DNA of 63,688 bases, filler included, from Octopus bimaculoides (Eukaryota): assembly GCF_001194135.2 (NCBI RefSeq). It is 4 parts of 3 records of this genome, joined end to end, with 100 filler letters (N's around TTAATTAATTAA, not from the genome) between each part and the next. Parts side by side here need not be neighbours in the genome. Positions count along the whole stretch, not along the records: positions 43,499 to 63,688 come from NC_069003.1; 3 more parts are not named here. The stretch is one strand, 5' to 3'. The notes under the pieces were generated by a model, which saw only the letters and a program-made list of their open reading frames with translations, ran no database searches and had not been told where the DNA came from. Made by a program: the position numbers and the translations under genes. Within the stretch, counting starts at the first letter, position 1. The number at the start of each line of letters is the position of its first letter. Below, one piece after another: positions 63,421-63,688 of this stretch.

Positions 63421-63688
63421 GTTGACATGGAGAAAGCCTTTGACAGGGTCCCCCGATCCCTTATCTGGTGGTCAATGAGGAAACTTGGGATAGAAGAATG
63501 GCTAGTGAGAGCTGTGCGAGCCATGTACAGAGATGCGGCCAGTAAGGTGAGGGTTGGAAATGAGTACAGCAATGAATTCCGGGTAGAGGTAGGGGTCCAC
63601 CAAGGTTCCGTCCTCAGCCCCCTATTATTTACCATAGTCCTCCAGGCAATCACAGAGGAGTTCAAGACAGGTTGCCCCTGGGAGCTCC
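63421..63688 (+). mobile_element. RTE-clade LINE reverse transcriptase fragment, open frame running off the window
   Basis: VDMEKAFDRVPRSLIWWSMRKLGIEEWLVRAVRAMY...GVHQGSVLSPLLFTIVLQAITEEFKTGCPWEL, 89 codons without a stop. Confidence 0.95.

Overview
AT-rich, microsatellite-saturated eukaryotic scaffold with many N gaps. The SINE families and repeat landscape point to an octopus or other coleoid cephalopod (inference). No prokaryotic genes, rRNA or CRISPR arrays are present, and almost all entries in the supplied ORF track are microsatellite or gap artefacts. I reconstructed one real protein-coding gene by hand on the minus strand (43556-61946). It has 10 visible GT-AG exons whose phases match wherever both junctions are visible, including a 29-nt micro-exon, and encodes about 710 aa: the C-terminal part of an NB-ARC/STAND P-loop NTPase (Walker B, sensor-1, GxP and MHD-like motifs) followed by TPR-like helical repeats. 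This is an NLR/Apaf-like architecture; Walker A and the N-terminal domain are not visible in the window. The rest is transposon debris: Penelope-like elements (RT + GIY-YIG), R4/Dong-clade REL retrotransposons stacked head-to-tail in (TAA)n and (TACA)n microsatellites, RTE and CR1 LINE fragments, a mariner remnant, piggyBac-type MITEs and three tRNA-SINE families plus one other non-autonomous repeat family. Direct reading also reveals eight minimal type-I hammerhead ribozyme motifs from at least six Penelope-like families. Four of them lie on the sense strand of the host gene's introns (one in the presumed upstream intron), and one has its catalytic core covered by an adjacent 32-bp inverted repeat.
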